Assembly: GCF_024502345.1 (NCBI RefSeq)
Contig: NZ_JALDNN010000003.1
Origin: Escherichia coli
Lineage (GTDB): Bacteria > Pseudomonadota > Gammaproteobacteria > Enterobacterales > Enterobacteriaceae
Length of the DNA stretch: 64,000 nucleotides
Direction: 5' to 3' (one strand)
Shown here: positions 39,180-48,678 of the stretch, piece by piece
Position numbering within the stretch: position 1 is the first letter of the stretch
Layout of the letters: each line of letters starts with the position of its first letter
Made by a program: the position numbers and the translations under genes
The notes under the pieces: model-generated
What the model was told of the DNA's origin: nothing
Databases searched by the model: none
Seen by the model: only the letters and a program-made list of their open reading frames with translations

Positions 39180-39635
39180 ATGAAAAAGCGACTTTACCTT
39201 CTTGAATGGAAACTTCGTGAGACAAGAGCCTGGTTAGGATGGATGGTGTTCTGGATTATCATCAGTTTTATGTTTTTATCAGCGATGCTCATGACAGGTC
39301 ATTTGTTAAACAAAGTTGTCCTCCAGCCCGTTTGGCTGTGTATCTGGTCTTTACCCTGGCTGGGCTTCTTGTTGAAGGTACGCGTGACCGAGATGGATAA
39401 AGGGCTCGTGAATACACTTCAGCTCGGAGATCTGCCGGTTTTCCGCTGGAGTCGTTCTGTAGTTCCTGGCACCTGGTCTGTTGACAGAATTAATGGACGC
39501 TACCGGTTGAACCGGATTGGAACGGATGGTTTGACGGTACACTATCCGTGGCGCCTGAACTATCAGCCTTTGTTCCTGACACCGGATAAGCAGATTTCTG
39601 ATATTAACGGACGTGAACATGAACGAAAATTCTGA
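39180..39635 (+). CDS. Hypothetical membrane protein
   Basis: Two predicted transmembrane helices near the N-terminus. Confidence 0.35.
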   Translation: MKKRLYLLEWKLRETRAWLGWMVFWIIISFMFLSAMLMTGHLLNKVVLQPVWLCIWSLPWLGFLLKVRVTEMDKGLVNTLQLGDLPVFRWSRSVVPGTWSVDRINGRYRLNRIGTDGLTVHYPWRLNYQPLFLTPDKQISDINGREHERKF

Positions 39636-40216
39636 CGCAGTAGTGAGTGCCGCTACTTCCTGCCTGCTGTATGTGCGTGAAATCGAAAGGTCAGGCCCCG
39701 GTGAAATGCCGGTGTCATATTCAAATGAGCTTATCCAGAGATGGCTTAGTTCGGCTGAACGTCGTAATTTGCATTCCCGCCACAGCTTGCGTTCGATTCG
39801 TACAATTCTGAAGCACGCAAGGAAGAGCCGTCAGCCTGATTTTTAGAGCGTGATGCATTTGCTGGTGGAAGGGAAGGGTGTAATCCCGGATGTTTCAGTA
39901 TCGGATTTGGGCAATGTGCAGAACATACGTAATGAACTGATTGGTCTGGATTGGTGGGTGAAGTTTGGTGTAAAGCAGGACTGGCAGCGCATCAATCTGC
40001 AACGCCAGCCGGTCAGTTTTGGCCTTTTGAATGACCCTAATCGTTGTTTTCGGCATGACGGTCAGCAGGTTGAACCTCTGCCACTTTATACAACCGGCAA
40101 TCCCGGGGAATTGCGGAAGGTGCTGTAAAAGTACAACTACCGGCTGCATATCGACTCTTCAGAAGTCGTTGAAGACGTAACGGTGTTGCGCTGCTTTATT
40201 GAAACCGGAGTGATGA

Positions 40217-41176
40217 ATGGCCAGTGAAGATTTACTCTTTTACCGTGACCGGATTCTGGAGCGAATTGAAAAGCTCAGATCCTTTCTGAATGACCATCAG
40301 CCGGTGATGGCCGAGCTGATGACTGTGGGGACCGTCACACGACACGAAGAGCGGTTGAAAGAGGTGAACCCCATCGAGGTGAGTACTATTTCAGATGCCT
40401 CCGTGGATGAAATTATCCGTGTTATTCAGGATTTCTGTATCGATGACATTGATGTACTCAGCAGGAATTCGACGAAAGTGACAACCAAATACCCGGGGTT
40501 GATTATTGTTCCTGAGGGTGCCGAACAGCTGAGCGGAATTATTTGCGATATAAATGATGCCAAAAGTGACTTTGCCTCTGCAATGAAAAGGGTGAATTCG
40601 GAGAAACACATCCGGTTTAAGGAAGTTCACCGTAAGCTTCCCGGTCTGGTGACTGCGCATTCCACTCGCAAAATTCTGTTTGTGGAAGAACAGCTCAAAA
40701 AAGTTACTTTTGCCTGGCGGCTAAACCGAAACCAGGTAAAAACAAACGCAAGTGATCTCATCGCGATGCTGGATAAGCGTCGTTTAGTAGCGGTCAAATC
40801 GCCCGTGACAACTGACCTGACAGTGGTGGCGAACATCGATAGAGCGAAGGCATTACTGGAAAGAAAAGTACTGAGAGACGGCGAAGGGTATCGCCTTTGT
40901 CGAACCAATACCTTCCCGGTTCCGATAGCGCATTTGTTCACATACCGGCCTGAAGGCAAGGAGCGTGGAAGTAGCAAATATGCCGAGACTGATTACAAGG
41001 TGGTGAAAGCCTCATTACCCATTTTTGGCGTCGGACAAAAGCCAACAATTAAAAGACTTCAGGACTGGGTGCCAGCGCAGGATGAAGCACTGTCCAATGG
41101 TCGAAGGAGCAACCATAGCTACACGGAACTTGTACCCGGTGCAGATCTTGGCATTTTCATTATGAGAAAGGTCTGA
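40217..41176 (+). CDS. Tus-like replication terminus-binding protein homolog
   Basis: The segment RFKEVHRKLPGLVTAHSTRKILFVEEQLKKVTFAWRLNRNQVK aligns by eye with E. coli Tus [43 protein letters not shown]; the length of 319 aa is similar to Tus. Confidence 0.5.
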   Translation: MASEDLLFYRDRILERIEKLRSFLNDHQPVMAELMTVGTVTRHEERLKEVNPIEVSTISDASVDEIIRVIQDFCIDDIDVLSRNSTKVTTKYPGLIIVPEGAEQLSGIICDINDAKSDFASAMKRVNSEKHIRFKEVHRKLPGLVTAHSTRKILFVEEQLKKVTFAWRLNRNQVKTNASDLIAMLDKRRLVAVKSPVTTDLTVVANIDRAKALLERKVLRDGEGYRLCRTNTFPVPIAHLFTYRPEGKERGSSKYAETDYKVVKASLPIFGVGQKPTIKRLQDWVPAQDEALSNGRRSNHSYTELVPGADLGIFIMRKV

Positions 41177-41186
41177 GGAGAAAAGC

Positions 41187-42095
41187 ATGCAATGGATTTC
41201 CACGACCAGCCAGAAACTTGATGAGAGACTTTATCGTGTCTGTGTCTGGGTGAAAAAATACCATGAGGATGCCATCAACCGTGTTGTGTTGACGGTTGAT
41301 CTCAGTAAGGCCCGCCATGACCCGATAGAGGACCAGGTACGGGCCGAGTTACTGTGTGGGCATTATTTTCTGATGCGGAAAGAGAACAACGCAAAATCGG
41401 CGCCAGCGGATCAGAACTTTGAATTTTTGCCTGACGGCCGCAACCTGAGCTGGCAGACGTCGACACCGGGGCTTCAGCACCTTCTCCTGAACAGCAATGT
41501 ACCTGAGTCCCTTAGGCCCCTGGCTGATTACATTCAGATGCGTCTGGCCAAGCTGACCATGGTCCCGATGTCGGGAACCATCATGAAAGCCGCACTGGAA
41601 GACAGCATCAGCTGGGTAAAAGTGGATCTGCGATACTACTGGCAGTATGAACTGGTTAATTCCCATCTGGGGCCTGTTCAGGTAACTCATAAGGCGCTTG
41701 TGCGATTCGGGAGGCTGGCAAAACACGATGAAAACGCTAGTGCAATTCGAATGCTTCGCCAGCGGTTGTCATCACCGTTTATTCAGGAATTTGAGATGCC
41801 TGGGGAGGAGCTGAAGCGCAAGCAGAAGATCATGAATACCGTTGATGTGAAAATGCTTTTCCACACACATTATCCGGGCCAGAAATTACTGCTGGCCCGA
41901 TATGCTAATGGTTGGGTGCTGGTGGATTGTTTCCTGTTCCACCATATCAAACCCAAAAAGAAGGCGAAAAACAAAACCAAAGCGGGTAAATCAGAAACTC
42001 AAAATATCAAATCGACGGGGAGTGAGGATCATGGAACTGGGCATTATGGTGTGCATCGTGTTGTTACTCTCACTGGCAGCGGTGTGGATCAGTAA
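41187..42095 (+). CDS. Hypothetical protein
   Basis: 302-aa ORF with a Lys-rich C-terminal region. Confidence 0.35.
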   Translation: MQWISTTSQKLDERLYRVCVWVKKYHEDAINRVVLTVDLSKARHDPIEDQVRAELLCGHYFLMRKENNAKSAPADQNFEFLPDGRNLSWQTSTPGLQHLLLNSNVPESLRPLADYIQMRLAKLTMVPMSGTIMKAALEDSISWVKVDLRYYWQYELVNSHLGPVQVTHKALVRFGRLAKHDENASAIRMLRQRLSSPFIQEFEMPGEELKRKQKIMNTVDVKMLFHTHYPGQKLLLARYANGWVLVDCFLFHHIKPKKKAKNKTKAGKSETQNIKSTGSEDHGTGHYGVHRVVTLTGSGVDQ

Positions 42096-42375
42096 CAAGA
42101 CGGTCGGATTGCTGGAAATCCATTACTTTAAGCGGCCGCTGAGCATGGAGTATGCAGCCTGGCTGCGTGTGATGTGTGCCGGTTTGCTATTTATTTTTAT
42201 TCAGATGGTCCCGGCATTCACGTTTCTGTATACCCTGAAGCTGGTGGCACTGTTAAATCTGGGCGTGCAGACGATGAAGCTAAACGGGGTTTATAAATTT
42301 AAACGCACCGGGATGATGCCGCCGAAAGACGCCCCTCATGATCTTGGCCGCTTTAATCCATTTCGAAAGAAGTAA
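42031..42375 (+). CDS. Hypothetical small membrane protein
   Basis: Hydrophobic N-terminus MELGIMVCIVLLLSLAAVWI; overlaps the end of the preceding ORF. Confidence 0.25.
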   Translation: MELGIMVCIVLLLSLAAVWISNKTVGLLEIHYFKRPLSMEYAAWLRVMCAGLLFIFIQMVPAFTFLYTLKLVALLNLGVQTMKLNGVYKFKRTGMMPPKDAPHDLGRFNPFRKK

Positions 42376-42476
42376 TCCTCATTAGCGCCCCGAAGGAGTA
42401 TATAGTAAAAACAGTGTCTATTCGCGTGTGAGTGAGTGACAGGGCTTTACATATAACGTCAGCGGCTTTCATTTCA

Positions 42477-42514
42477 AACGTACATACTGTGTATAATGGT
42501 ATGTACGTTTTTTA
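42477..42514 (+). terminator. Rho-independent terminator preceding the IS3-family fragment
   Basis: ACGTACATAC-tgtgtataatg-GTATGTACGT followed by T6. Confidence 0.5.
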
Positions 42515-42526
42515 TTTGCGCCGAGT

Positions 42527-42739
42527 CCTTCGGCGGTACCCGCCCGTGAACTCTGCCGCAAGCATGCCATTTCCGATGCCACGTTTTACACCTGGCGTAA
42601 GAAGTATGGCGGTATGGAGGTGCCTGAAGTTAAGCGCCTGAAGTCGCTTGAGGAAGAGAACGCCAGACTCAAGAAGCTGCTTGCCGAAGCCATGCTGGAT
42701 AAAGAGGCGCTTCAGGTGGCTCTTGGGCGAAAGTACTGA
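42527..42739 (+). pseudogene. IS3-family orfA fragment (N-terminus missing)
   Basis: Frame translates to ...[65 protein letters not shown], i.e. the HTH and leucine-zipper portion of an IS3 OrfA, with no initiator codon. Confidence 0.5.
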
Positions 42740-42762
42740 CGACAGACCAGAAGCGGGAAGCC

Positions 42763-43596
42763 GTGATGTTGATGTGTGATGCGACCGGTCTGTCGCAACG
42801 TCGTGCCTGCAGGCTTACAGGTTTATCCCTGTCGACCTGCCGCTATGAGGCTCACCGTCCGGCTGCTGATGCGCATTTATCAGGGCGCATCACTGAGCTG
42901 GCACTGGAGCGCAGGCGTTTTGGCTACCGTCGTATTTGGCAGTTGCTGCGCCGTGAAGGGCTTCATGTTAATCATAAGCGCGTGTACCGGCTTTATCACC
43001 TCAGTGGCCTGAGCGTAAAACGCAGAAGACGTCGTAAAGGGCTGGCAACAGAACGTCTGCCGCTGCTCCGTCCGGCGGCGCCCAATCTGACCTGGTCGAT
43101 GGATTTCGTCATGGACGCACTTTCCACCGGTCGCAGGATCAAGTGTCTTACCTGCGTCGATGATTTCACAAAGGAATGCCTGACGGTCACTGTTGCCTTT
43201 GGGATTTCAGGCGTTCAGGTCACGCGTATTCTGGACAGCATTGCACTGTTTCGAGGCTATCCGGCGACGATAAGAACTGACCAGGGGCCGGAGTTCACTT
43301 GCCGTGCACTGGATCAATGGGCCTTTGAGCATGGTGTTGAGTTGCGCTTAATCCAGCCGGGCAAGCCAACGCAGAACGGATTTATTGAGAGCTTTAACGG
43401 ACGATTTCGCGATGAATGTTTGAATGAGCACTGGTTCAGCGATATCGTTCATGCCAGGAAAATTATTAATGACTGGCGGCAGGATTATAACGAATGCCGC
43501 CCGCACTCCACGCTGAATTATCAGACACCGTCTGAATTTGCAGCGGGCTGGAGAAAGGGTCATTCTGAGAATGAAGATTCCGACGTTACTAACTGA
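42763..43596 (+). CDS. IS3-family transposase OrfB (DDE integrase-like catalytic domain)
   Basis: Typical IS3 OrfB segments: [23 protein letters not shown] and [13 protein letters not shown]. Confidence 0.65.
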   Translation: MMLMCDATGLSQRRACRLTGLSLSTCRYEAHRPAADAHLSGRITELALERRRFGYRRIWQLLRREGLHVNHKRVYRLYHLSGLSVKRRRRRKGLATERLPLLRPAAPNLTWSMDFVMDALSTGRRIKCLTCVDDFTKECLTVTVAFGISGVQVTRILDSIALFRGYPATIRTDQGPEFTCRALDQWAFEHGVELRLIQPGKPTQNGFIESFNGRFRDECLNEHWFSDIVHARKIINDWRQDYNECRPHSTLNYQTPSEFAAGWRKGHSENEDSDVTN

Positions 43597-43786
43597 GTGT
43601 TGTATCTAATCGTGGGGGCAGGTCACTTGGTCGGTGCCATGACGCGACTATTTTCAGGTGATTGCTGATACAACTCACAACAGGCTTGAGCAATGTCGCT
43701 CTTTGCCGTTTCGTGGAAGTGAATAGCCCCCGTACTTAGTTTTTCAGGCACGATACCTTGATTAATGAGCTTGGAGTATTCAGGAA

Positions 43787-44606
43787 GGCACTGTTGCAAA
43801 GTTAGCGATGAGGCAGCCTTTTGTCTTATTCAAAGGCCTTACATTTCAAAAACTCTGCTTACCAGGCGCATTTCGCCCAGGGGATCACCATAATAAAATG
43901 CTGAGGCCTGGCCTTTGCGTAGTGCACGCATCACCTCAATACCTTTGATGGTGGCGTAAGCCGTCTTCATGGATTTAAATCCCAGCGTGGCGTCGATTAT
44001 CCGTTTCAGTTTGCCATGATCGCATTCAATCACGTTGTTCCGGTACTTAATCTGTCGGTGTTCAACGTCAGACGGGCACCGGCCTTCGCGTTTGAGCAGA
44101 ACAAGCGCGCGACCATAGGCGGGCGCTTTATCCGTGTTGATGAATCGCGGGATCTGCCACTTCTTCACGTTGTTGAGGATTTTACCCAGAAACCGGTATG
44201 CAGCTTTGCTGTTACGACGGGAGGAGAGATAAAAATCGACAGTGCGGCCCCGGCTGTCGACGGCCCGGTACAGATACGCCCAGCGGCCATTGACCTTCAC
44301 GTAGGTTTCATCCATGTGCCACGGGCAAAGATCGGAAGGGTTACGCCAGTACCAGCGCAGCCGTTTTTCCATTTCAGGCGCATAACGCTGAACCCAGCGG
44401 TAAATCGTGGAGTGATCGACATTCACTCCGCGTTCAGCCTGCATCTCCTGCAGCTCACGGTAACTGATGCCGTATTTGCAGTACCAGCGTACGGCCCACA
44501 GAATGATGTCACGCTGAAAATGCCGGCCTTTGAATGGGTTCATGTGCAGCTCCATCAGCAAAAGGGGATGATAAGTTTATCACCACCGACTATTTGCAAC
44601 AGTGCC
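43787..44606 (-). mobile_element. IS26 (IS6 family), complete 820-bp copy
   Basis: 14-bp terminal inverted repeats GGCACTGTTGCAAA at 43787-43800 and the reverse complement at 44593-44606; the internal sequence matches my recollection of IS26; the flanking 8-mers differ, so there is no target-site duplication. Confidence 0.9.
43839..44543 (-). CDS. tnpA: IS26 transposase Tnp26
   Basis: Translation MNPFKGRHFQRDIILWAVRWYCKYGISYRELQEM... matches Tnp26 essentially throughout; the track ORF extends 6 codons upstream of the true start. Confidence 0.9.
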   Translation of the reverse strand: MNPFKGRHFQRDIILWAVRWYCKYGISYRELQEMQAERGVNVDHSTIYRWVQRYAPEMEKRLRWYWRNPSDLCPWHMDETYVKVNGRWAYLYRAVDSRGRTVDFYLSSRRNSKAAYRFLGKILNNVKKWQIPRFINTDKAPAYGRALVLLKREGRCPSDVEHRQIKYRNNVIECDHGKLKRIIDATLGFKSMKTAYATIKGIEVMRALRKGQASAFYYGDPLGEMRLVSRVFEM

Positions 44607-44807
44607 GTTAATTCTGCTGGCGGTAGTCGTTTGGTTTACCCTGCCAGAGAGGAAAATACGGCAATTGGGCAAACAGCGTGCCACACCTCACTGATTAGGG
44701 TGTGGTTAACACTTCATTAATTAAACAGTCATTACTCTTACTTAACTGTGTGATATACCTATTTAGGGTTTGAAACATTAGAGTTTGAAATAGGTAAGGT
44801 CTGAGCA

Positions 44808-45953
44808 ATGACTGAGCAAACGTCCCCCGCACAACTTGATCTCGATAGCGCGGCTCAGCCCCCCAGAGTTTATATCCGGGGGGACTGGGTGTTGGCGCAT
44901 TACTGCGTTTTGGAGCCGCGCGTTGCGCAATTGCGCGCTAATATGCCCAGTGGGGGGGTATTTGATCTCAACCAACTGGGGGCGTTAGATACCGCCGGTG
45001 CAACGTTGTTAGCTCTGCTTCTGGGTGAGGACCGTGTAGCAAATTTACGCGAACTTGCGCCTAAATTGCCAGAAGAGCGGAGGATATTACTTGAAACGGT
45101 AAGCCATGTATTGCCTGACTTAACCCCTGAGTTGTCTGAAAAACCCACACGGTTTTGGCTTGAGATGCTGGCTAATACCGGCCGTTCGGTAGATAACTTA
45201 TGGCAAGATATTAAGTCACTATTGGGCTTTATTGGTCTGGCGCTGGAAACCTTGCTGGGAACACTTTTTCGCCCCTCCCGCTGGCGCATTACCTCATTAA
45301 TTGCCAATATTCAACAGATTGGCCTCAATGCTGTGCCGATCATTATGTTGCTCACCTTTTTGGTGGGGGCAGTTATCGCCTTTCTCGGTGCAACCGTACT
45401 CACTACTTTCGGCGCGGGCATTTTTACCGTCGATTTGGTGGTATTTTCTTTTCTACGTGAATTTGCGGTACTGCTTACCGCGATCCTGATGGCAGGGCGA
45501 ACAGCCAGTGCTTTTACCGCTGAAATTGGCTTGATGAAAGCCAATGAAGAGATTGATGCTATCCAAACACTGGGCTTGAATCCGGTCGAACTGTTGGTGC
45601 TACCGCGCGTCTTGGCACTATTGATCTCTCTGCCGATGCTAACCTTTATTGGCATGGTTTGCGGTATTTTCGGTGGCATGGTGGTGTGTGCCTTAACACT
45701 GGATATCTCTCCCACTATGTTTTTGTCGATTATGCAAAACAGTAATGGGTTGCAGCATTTTCTGGTGGGAATAAGTAAAGCCCCTATTTTTGCTTTCCTG
45801 ATTGCTATTATTGGCTGTCTGGAGGGGTTCAAAGTAACCGGTAGTGCTGAATCAGTCGGGGTTCATACCACCACCAGTGTGGTGCATTCGATCTTTGTGG
45901 TGATTTTGCTTGATGCCGTGGCAGCGCTATTTTTCATGGAAATGGGGTGGTGA
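44808..45953 (+). CDS. MlaE/YrbE-family ABC transporter permease with extended N-terminal domain
   Basis: Multiple transmembrane helices and the characteristic MlaE-like organisation upstream of the ATPase and MCE genes. Confidence 0.55.
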   Translation: MTEQTSPAQLDLDSAAQPPRVYIRGDWVLAHYCVLEPRVAQLRANMPSGGVFDLNQLGALDTAGATLLALLLGEDRVANLRELAPKLPEERRILLETVSHVLPDLTPELSEKPTRFWLEMLANTGRSVDNLWQDIKSLLGFIGLALETLLGTLFRPSRWRITSLIANIQQIGLNAVPIIMLLTFLVGAVIAFLGATVLTTFGAGIFTVDLVVFSFLREFAVLLTAILMAGRTASAFTAEIGLMKANEEIDAIQTLGLNPVELLVLPRVLALLISLPMLTFIGMVCGIFGGMVVCALTLDISPTMFLSIMQNSNGLQHFLVGISKAPIFAFLIAIIGCLEGFKVTGSAESVGVHTTTSVVHSIFVVILLDAVAALFFMEMGW

Positions 45954-46750
45954 GCCAAATGACGCAAGATGCAATCATTCAAATTCGCGATCTGGTTAAC
46001 TGCTTTGGCGTACAGTGCGTGCATCAAGGGTTGAATCTTGATGTTAAGCGCGGCGAAGTTCTTGGCGTGGTTGGTGGCTCGGGTACCGGTAAATCTGTTC
46101 TGTTACGCAGTATTGTTGGGTTACGTCGTCCGACTGACGGGAAAATTCATGTTTTTGGCAAGGATTTAATGGCACTGTCAGGTCAATCCCGCGCCATGGT
46201 CGAGCGCCGATTCGGCGTATTATTTCAACGAGGCGCACTGTTCAGTTCTCTAACCGTGACCGAGAACGTGGCATTACCATTAATAGAAAACGCCGGATTA
46301 CCCCGGTCTGAGGCTGAGCGATTGGCTCAGGTTAAACTGGCACTGGCTGGGCTACCGCCGGGCACTGGCAGTAAGTATCCAGCATCTCTGTCGGGTGGTA
46401 TGGTCAAGCGTGTTGCGCTAGCCCGTGCCTTAGCACTGGACCCGGATATTCTGTTTCTTGATGAACCGACTGCGGGTCTTGATCCCATTGGTGCGGCGGC
46501 GTTTGACAGTTTGATCCGCACCCTGCGGGATGCCCTCAATCTAACGGTATTCTTGGTGACCCACGATCTGGATACGCTGTATACACTGTGTGATCGTGTG
46601 GCGGTGCTTTCGCAGAAAAAAGTGCTGGTGGTTGATACTCTGGATAAAGTTGCAGCGACTGATGATGGCTGGATTCAGGCGTATTTTCATGGCCCACGTG
46701 GCCGGGCTGCTTATCAGGCAGCGGCAATTAACAGTGGAGAGAGGTTGTAA
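45947..46750 (+). CDS. MlaF-like ABC transporter ATP-binding protein
   Basis: Walker A GGSGTGKS, ABC signature LSGGMVKRVALARAL and Walker B ILFLDEPT; an alternative start is the ATG at 45959. Confidence 0.65.
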   Translation: MVSQMTQDAIIQIRDLVNCFGVQCVHQGLNLDVKRGEVLGVVGGSGTGKSVLLRSIVGLRRPTDGKIHVFGKDLMALSGQSRAMVERRFGVLFQRGALFSSLTVTENVALPLIENAGLPRSEAERLAQVKLALAGLPPGTGSKYPASLSGGMVKRVALARALALDPDILFLDEPTAGLDPIGAAAFDSLIRTLRDALNLTVFLVTHDLDTLYTLCDRVAVLSQKKVLVVDTLDKVAATDDGWIQAYFHGPRGRAAYQAAAINSGERL

Positions 46751-46751
46751 T

Positions 46752-47690
46752 ATGGAAACCCGTGCTCATCATGTCGTTATTGGTTTGTTCACTCTTATTG
46801 TGGTGAGTGCCGCGCTGCTGTTTTGCCTATGGCTGACAAATTCCGGTTCTGATCGCCAGTTCAGATTGTACGATATCGTTTTCAATGAGCCTGTGAGTGG
46901 CCTGTCACAGGGTAGCACCGTTCAGTACAGCGGGATTCGAGTCGGTGAGGTGACGCAATTACGCCTGGACCGAGACAATCCGAATAAGGTTTGGGCACGT
47001 ATTCGCGTTTCTGCATCTACTCCGATACGCGAAGATACCCAAGCTCGTCTCACCGTCGCGGGTATTACCGGCACCTCAAATATTCAATTCAGCAGTGGCA
47101 GCCAGACCAGCCCGTTGCTGGAGGGCAAAGATGACGAGGTTCCTATCATTATTGCTACCCCTTCGCCGATGAGCCAGTTACTGGCTAACGGTGAGAATTT
47201 CATGACCAATGCGAATGAAGTGTTGGTGCGTTTGAACCAGTTGCTGGCACCGGATAACCAGCAGCGCCTAGTAACGACACTGGATAATCTCGCGCTGGTC
47301 ACCCAAACTGTGGCTGATCAACGTGGTGATCTCCGTACCCTGTTGCAGCAGTTGGCGCAGGCCAGTAAACAGGCTAATGAGACACTGACTCAAACCAATC
47401 GCCTGCTGCGTAATGCTAACGGCTTAATGGATGGGCAGGGGAAACAACTGGTCAGTGATGCCGCCAAAACCATGGCATCGTTGCAAAATACCAGTACCAT
47501 CCTCAATAAATTGGTGAGTGAAAATAAAACCTCACTCAATAACGGGATGCAAGGGATGAATGAGCTGGGGCCGGCAGTAGATGAGCTGCGCAGAACATTA
47601 GCGACATTACGTGCCGCCGTTTCTCGTTTGGAAGAAAACCCAGCGGCCTTGTTGCGCGGCCGTGAAAGAACACAGGAGTTTACGCCTTAA
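46752..47690 (+). CDS. MCE-domain (MlaD/PqiB-like) substrate-binding protein
   Basis: N-terminal transmembrane anchor followed by an MCE-like region (YSGIRVGEVTQLRLD) and a coiled-coil-like C-terminus; the track ORF starting at 46590 is an upstream over-extension. Confidence 0.6.
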   Translation: METRAHHVVIGLFTLIVVSAALLFCLWLTNSGSDRQFRLYDIVFNEPVSGLSQGSTVQYSGIRVGEVTQLRLDRDNPNKVWARIRVSASTPIREDTQARLTVAGITGTSNIQFSSGSQTSPLLEGKDDEVPIIIATPSPMSQLLANGENFMTNANEVLVRLNQLLAPDNQQRLVTTLDNLALVTQTVADQRGDLRTLLQQLAQASKQANETLTQTNRLLRNANGLMDGQGKQLVSDAAKTMASLQNTSTILNKLVSENKTSLNNGMQGMNELGPAVDELRRTLATLRAAVSRLEENPAALLRGRERTQEFTP

Positions 47691-48331
47691 TGCTCTCTTT
47701 TAATGTGATGCGCTATGCAGGCCGCCGCGTGTGGCTATTGATGATATCCGGGGGGGCGATACTGCTCTCTGCCTGCACCATTTTACCTTCGGCCCCTGTA
47801 TCACAAGTTTATCTTCTGCCGGTGCCACCTGCAGTCAGTGTGCCACACGCGCAGACAGTAAACTGGTCATTACGGGTTTCACAACCGGCGACGAACCAGT
47901 TTCTTAATAGCTCACGCATAGCGGTGCAGCCTCAGGGCCAGGAGATTGCGGTTTATAAAAACTCCCGTTGGAGTGATTCGGCGCCGATTTTGGTGCGCAA
48001 TCGTCTTATTCAGGCGTTCCGTAGCGATGGGCGAATCCGTGCAGTCAGTAGCGACGATGATAGCTTGCAGGCTGATGTGGAGTTGAGTGGTGATCTGTCC
48101 GCGTTCCAAGGGGTATACCATGTTGGTAGCAGCGAAGTGCTGATCCGTTTTGATGCTCGGCTGGTAAGAATTTCAGATCGTAGGATTATTGCGACTCGCC
48201 AGTTTGACATTCGCCAACCGATAAAAGGTAACGAGATGAACGAGGTGGTTCAGGCCTTTGGCCTGGCCAGTGACCAGTTAGCCACTCAAGTGCTCAACTG
48301 GACGATGCAGCAATCCCCTGCGCAGGGTTGA
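47690..48331 (+). CDS. ABC-type transport auxiliary lipoprotein (PqiC-like)
   Basis: Lipobox LLSAC and its position as the fourth gene of the MCE operon. Confidence 0.5.
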   Translation: MLSFNVMRYAGRRVWLLMISGGAILLSACTILPSAPVSQVYLLPVPPAVSVPHAQTVNWSLRVSQPATNQFLNSSRIAVQPQGQEIAVYKNSRWSDSAPILVRNRLIQAFRSDGRIRAVSSDDDSLQADVELSGDLSAFQGVYHVGSSEVLIRFDARLVRISDRRIIATRQFDIRQPIKGNEMNEVVQAFGLASDQLATQVLNWTMQQSPAQG

Positions 48332-48361
48332 TATCTAAACCAGCACCGGTTGGTTTTATCT

Positions 48362-48397
48362 GAGGCGAGTTGGCAGTAGCTAACTCGCCTTTTTTAT
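48362..48397 (+). terminator. Rho-independent terminator after the MCE operon
   Basis: GGCGAGTT-ggcagtagct-AACTCGCC followed by T6. Confidence 0.5.
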
Positions 48398-48678
48398 CGT
48401 CTAGTTTAATGATTCAAGGCGAATAATTGCGTCTAAGGGGAAAATATTCTCTTTATTGTTTTGTGATTAGTATCTCATTGAGTAAGGGATTAATGGTGTT
48501 TGAGTTATCTATTTCATTGTTTTTAATATGTTTTTATTTAAATTGTTCTGTGGTTATCTTTTTTGTTAAAGAGAACAATATTCTCCAAGCATTAAAAACA
48601 ACAAGAAAATAGGAAAAGTATTTCTCCCCGTAAAACCCTAAGATAAAAATAATCCAAATCACTGATTAATTACTTCAA

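Larger units (their letters stand above)
42520..43640 (+). mobile_element. IS3-family insertion sequence, 5'-truncated (IS407-group-like), boundaries approximate
   Basis: An orfA remnant lacking its N-terminus followed by an intact-looking orfB; no left inverted repeat or orfA start codon is present. Confidence 0.55.

Noticed and set aside
40217-41176. Ter sites for the Tus-like protein
   Set aside because: I searched for the GTTGTAAC Ter core in both orientations and found none in the window; the dispersed 13-bp palindrome shares only GTAAC and is symmetric, unlike known Ter sites.
42432-42641. 69-aa ORF over the IS3 remnant
   Set aside because: It is in the wrong frame relative to the recognisable IS3 OrfA peptide and spans the junction with non-IS DNA.
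43779-44614. Target-site duplications flanking IS26 and IS1
   Set aside because: The flanking 8-mers of IS26 (TTCAGGAA versus GTTAATTC) and the 9-mers of IS1 (TGAGCTGCG versus AGAGTTTAT) do not match.
46590-46751. N-terminal extension of the MCE-protein ORF (track start 46590)
   Set aside because: The extension overlaps the end of the ATPase gene; a proper ATG with an SD at 46752 immediately follows the ATPase stop codon.
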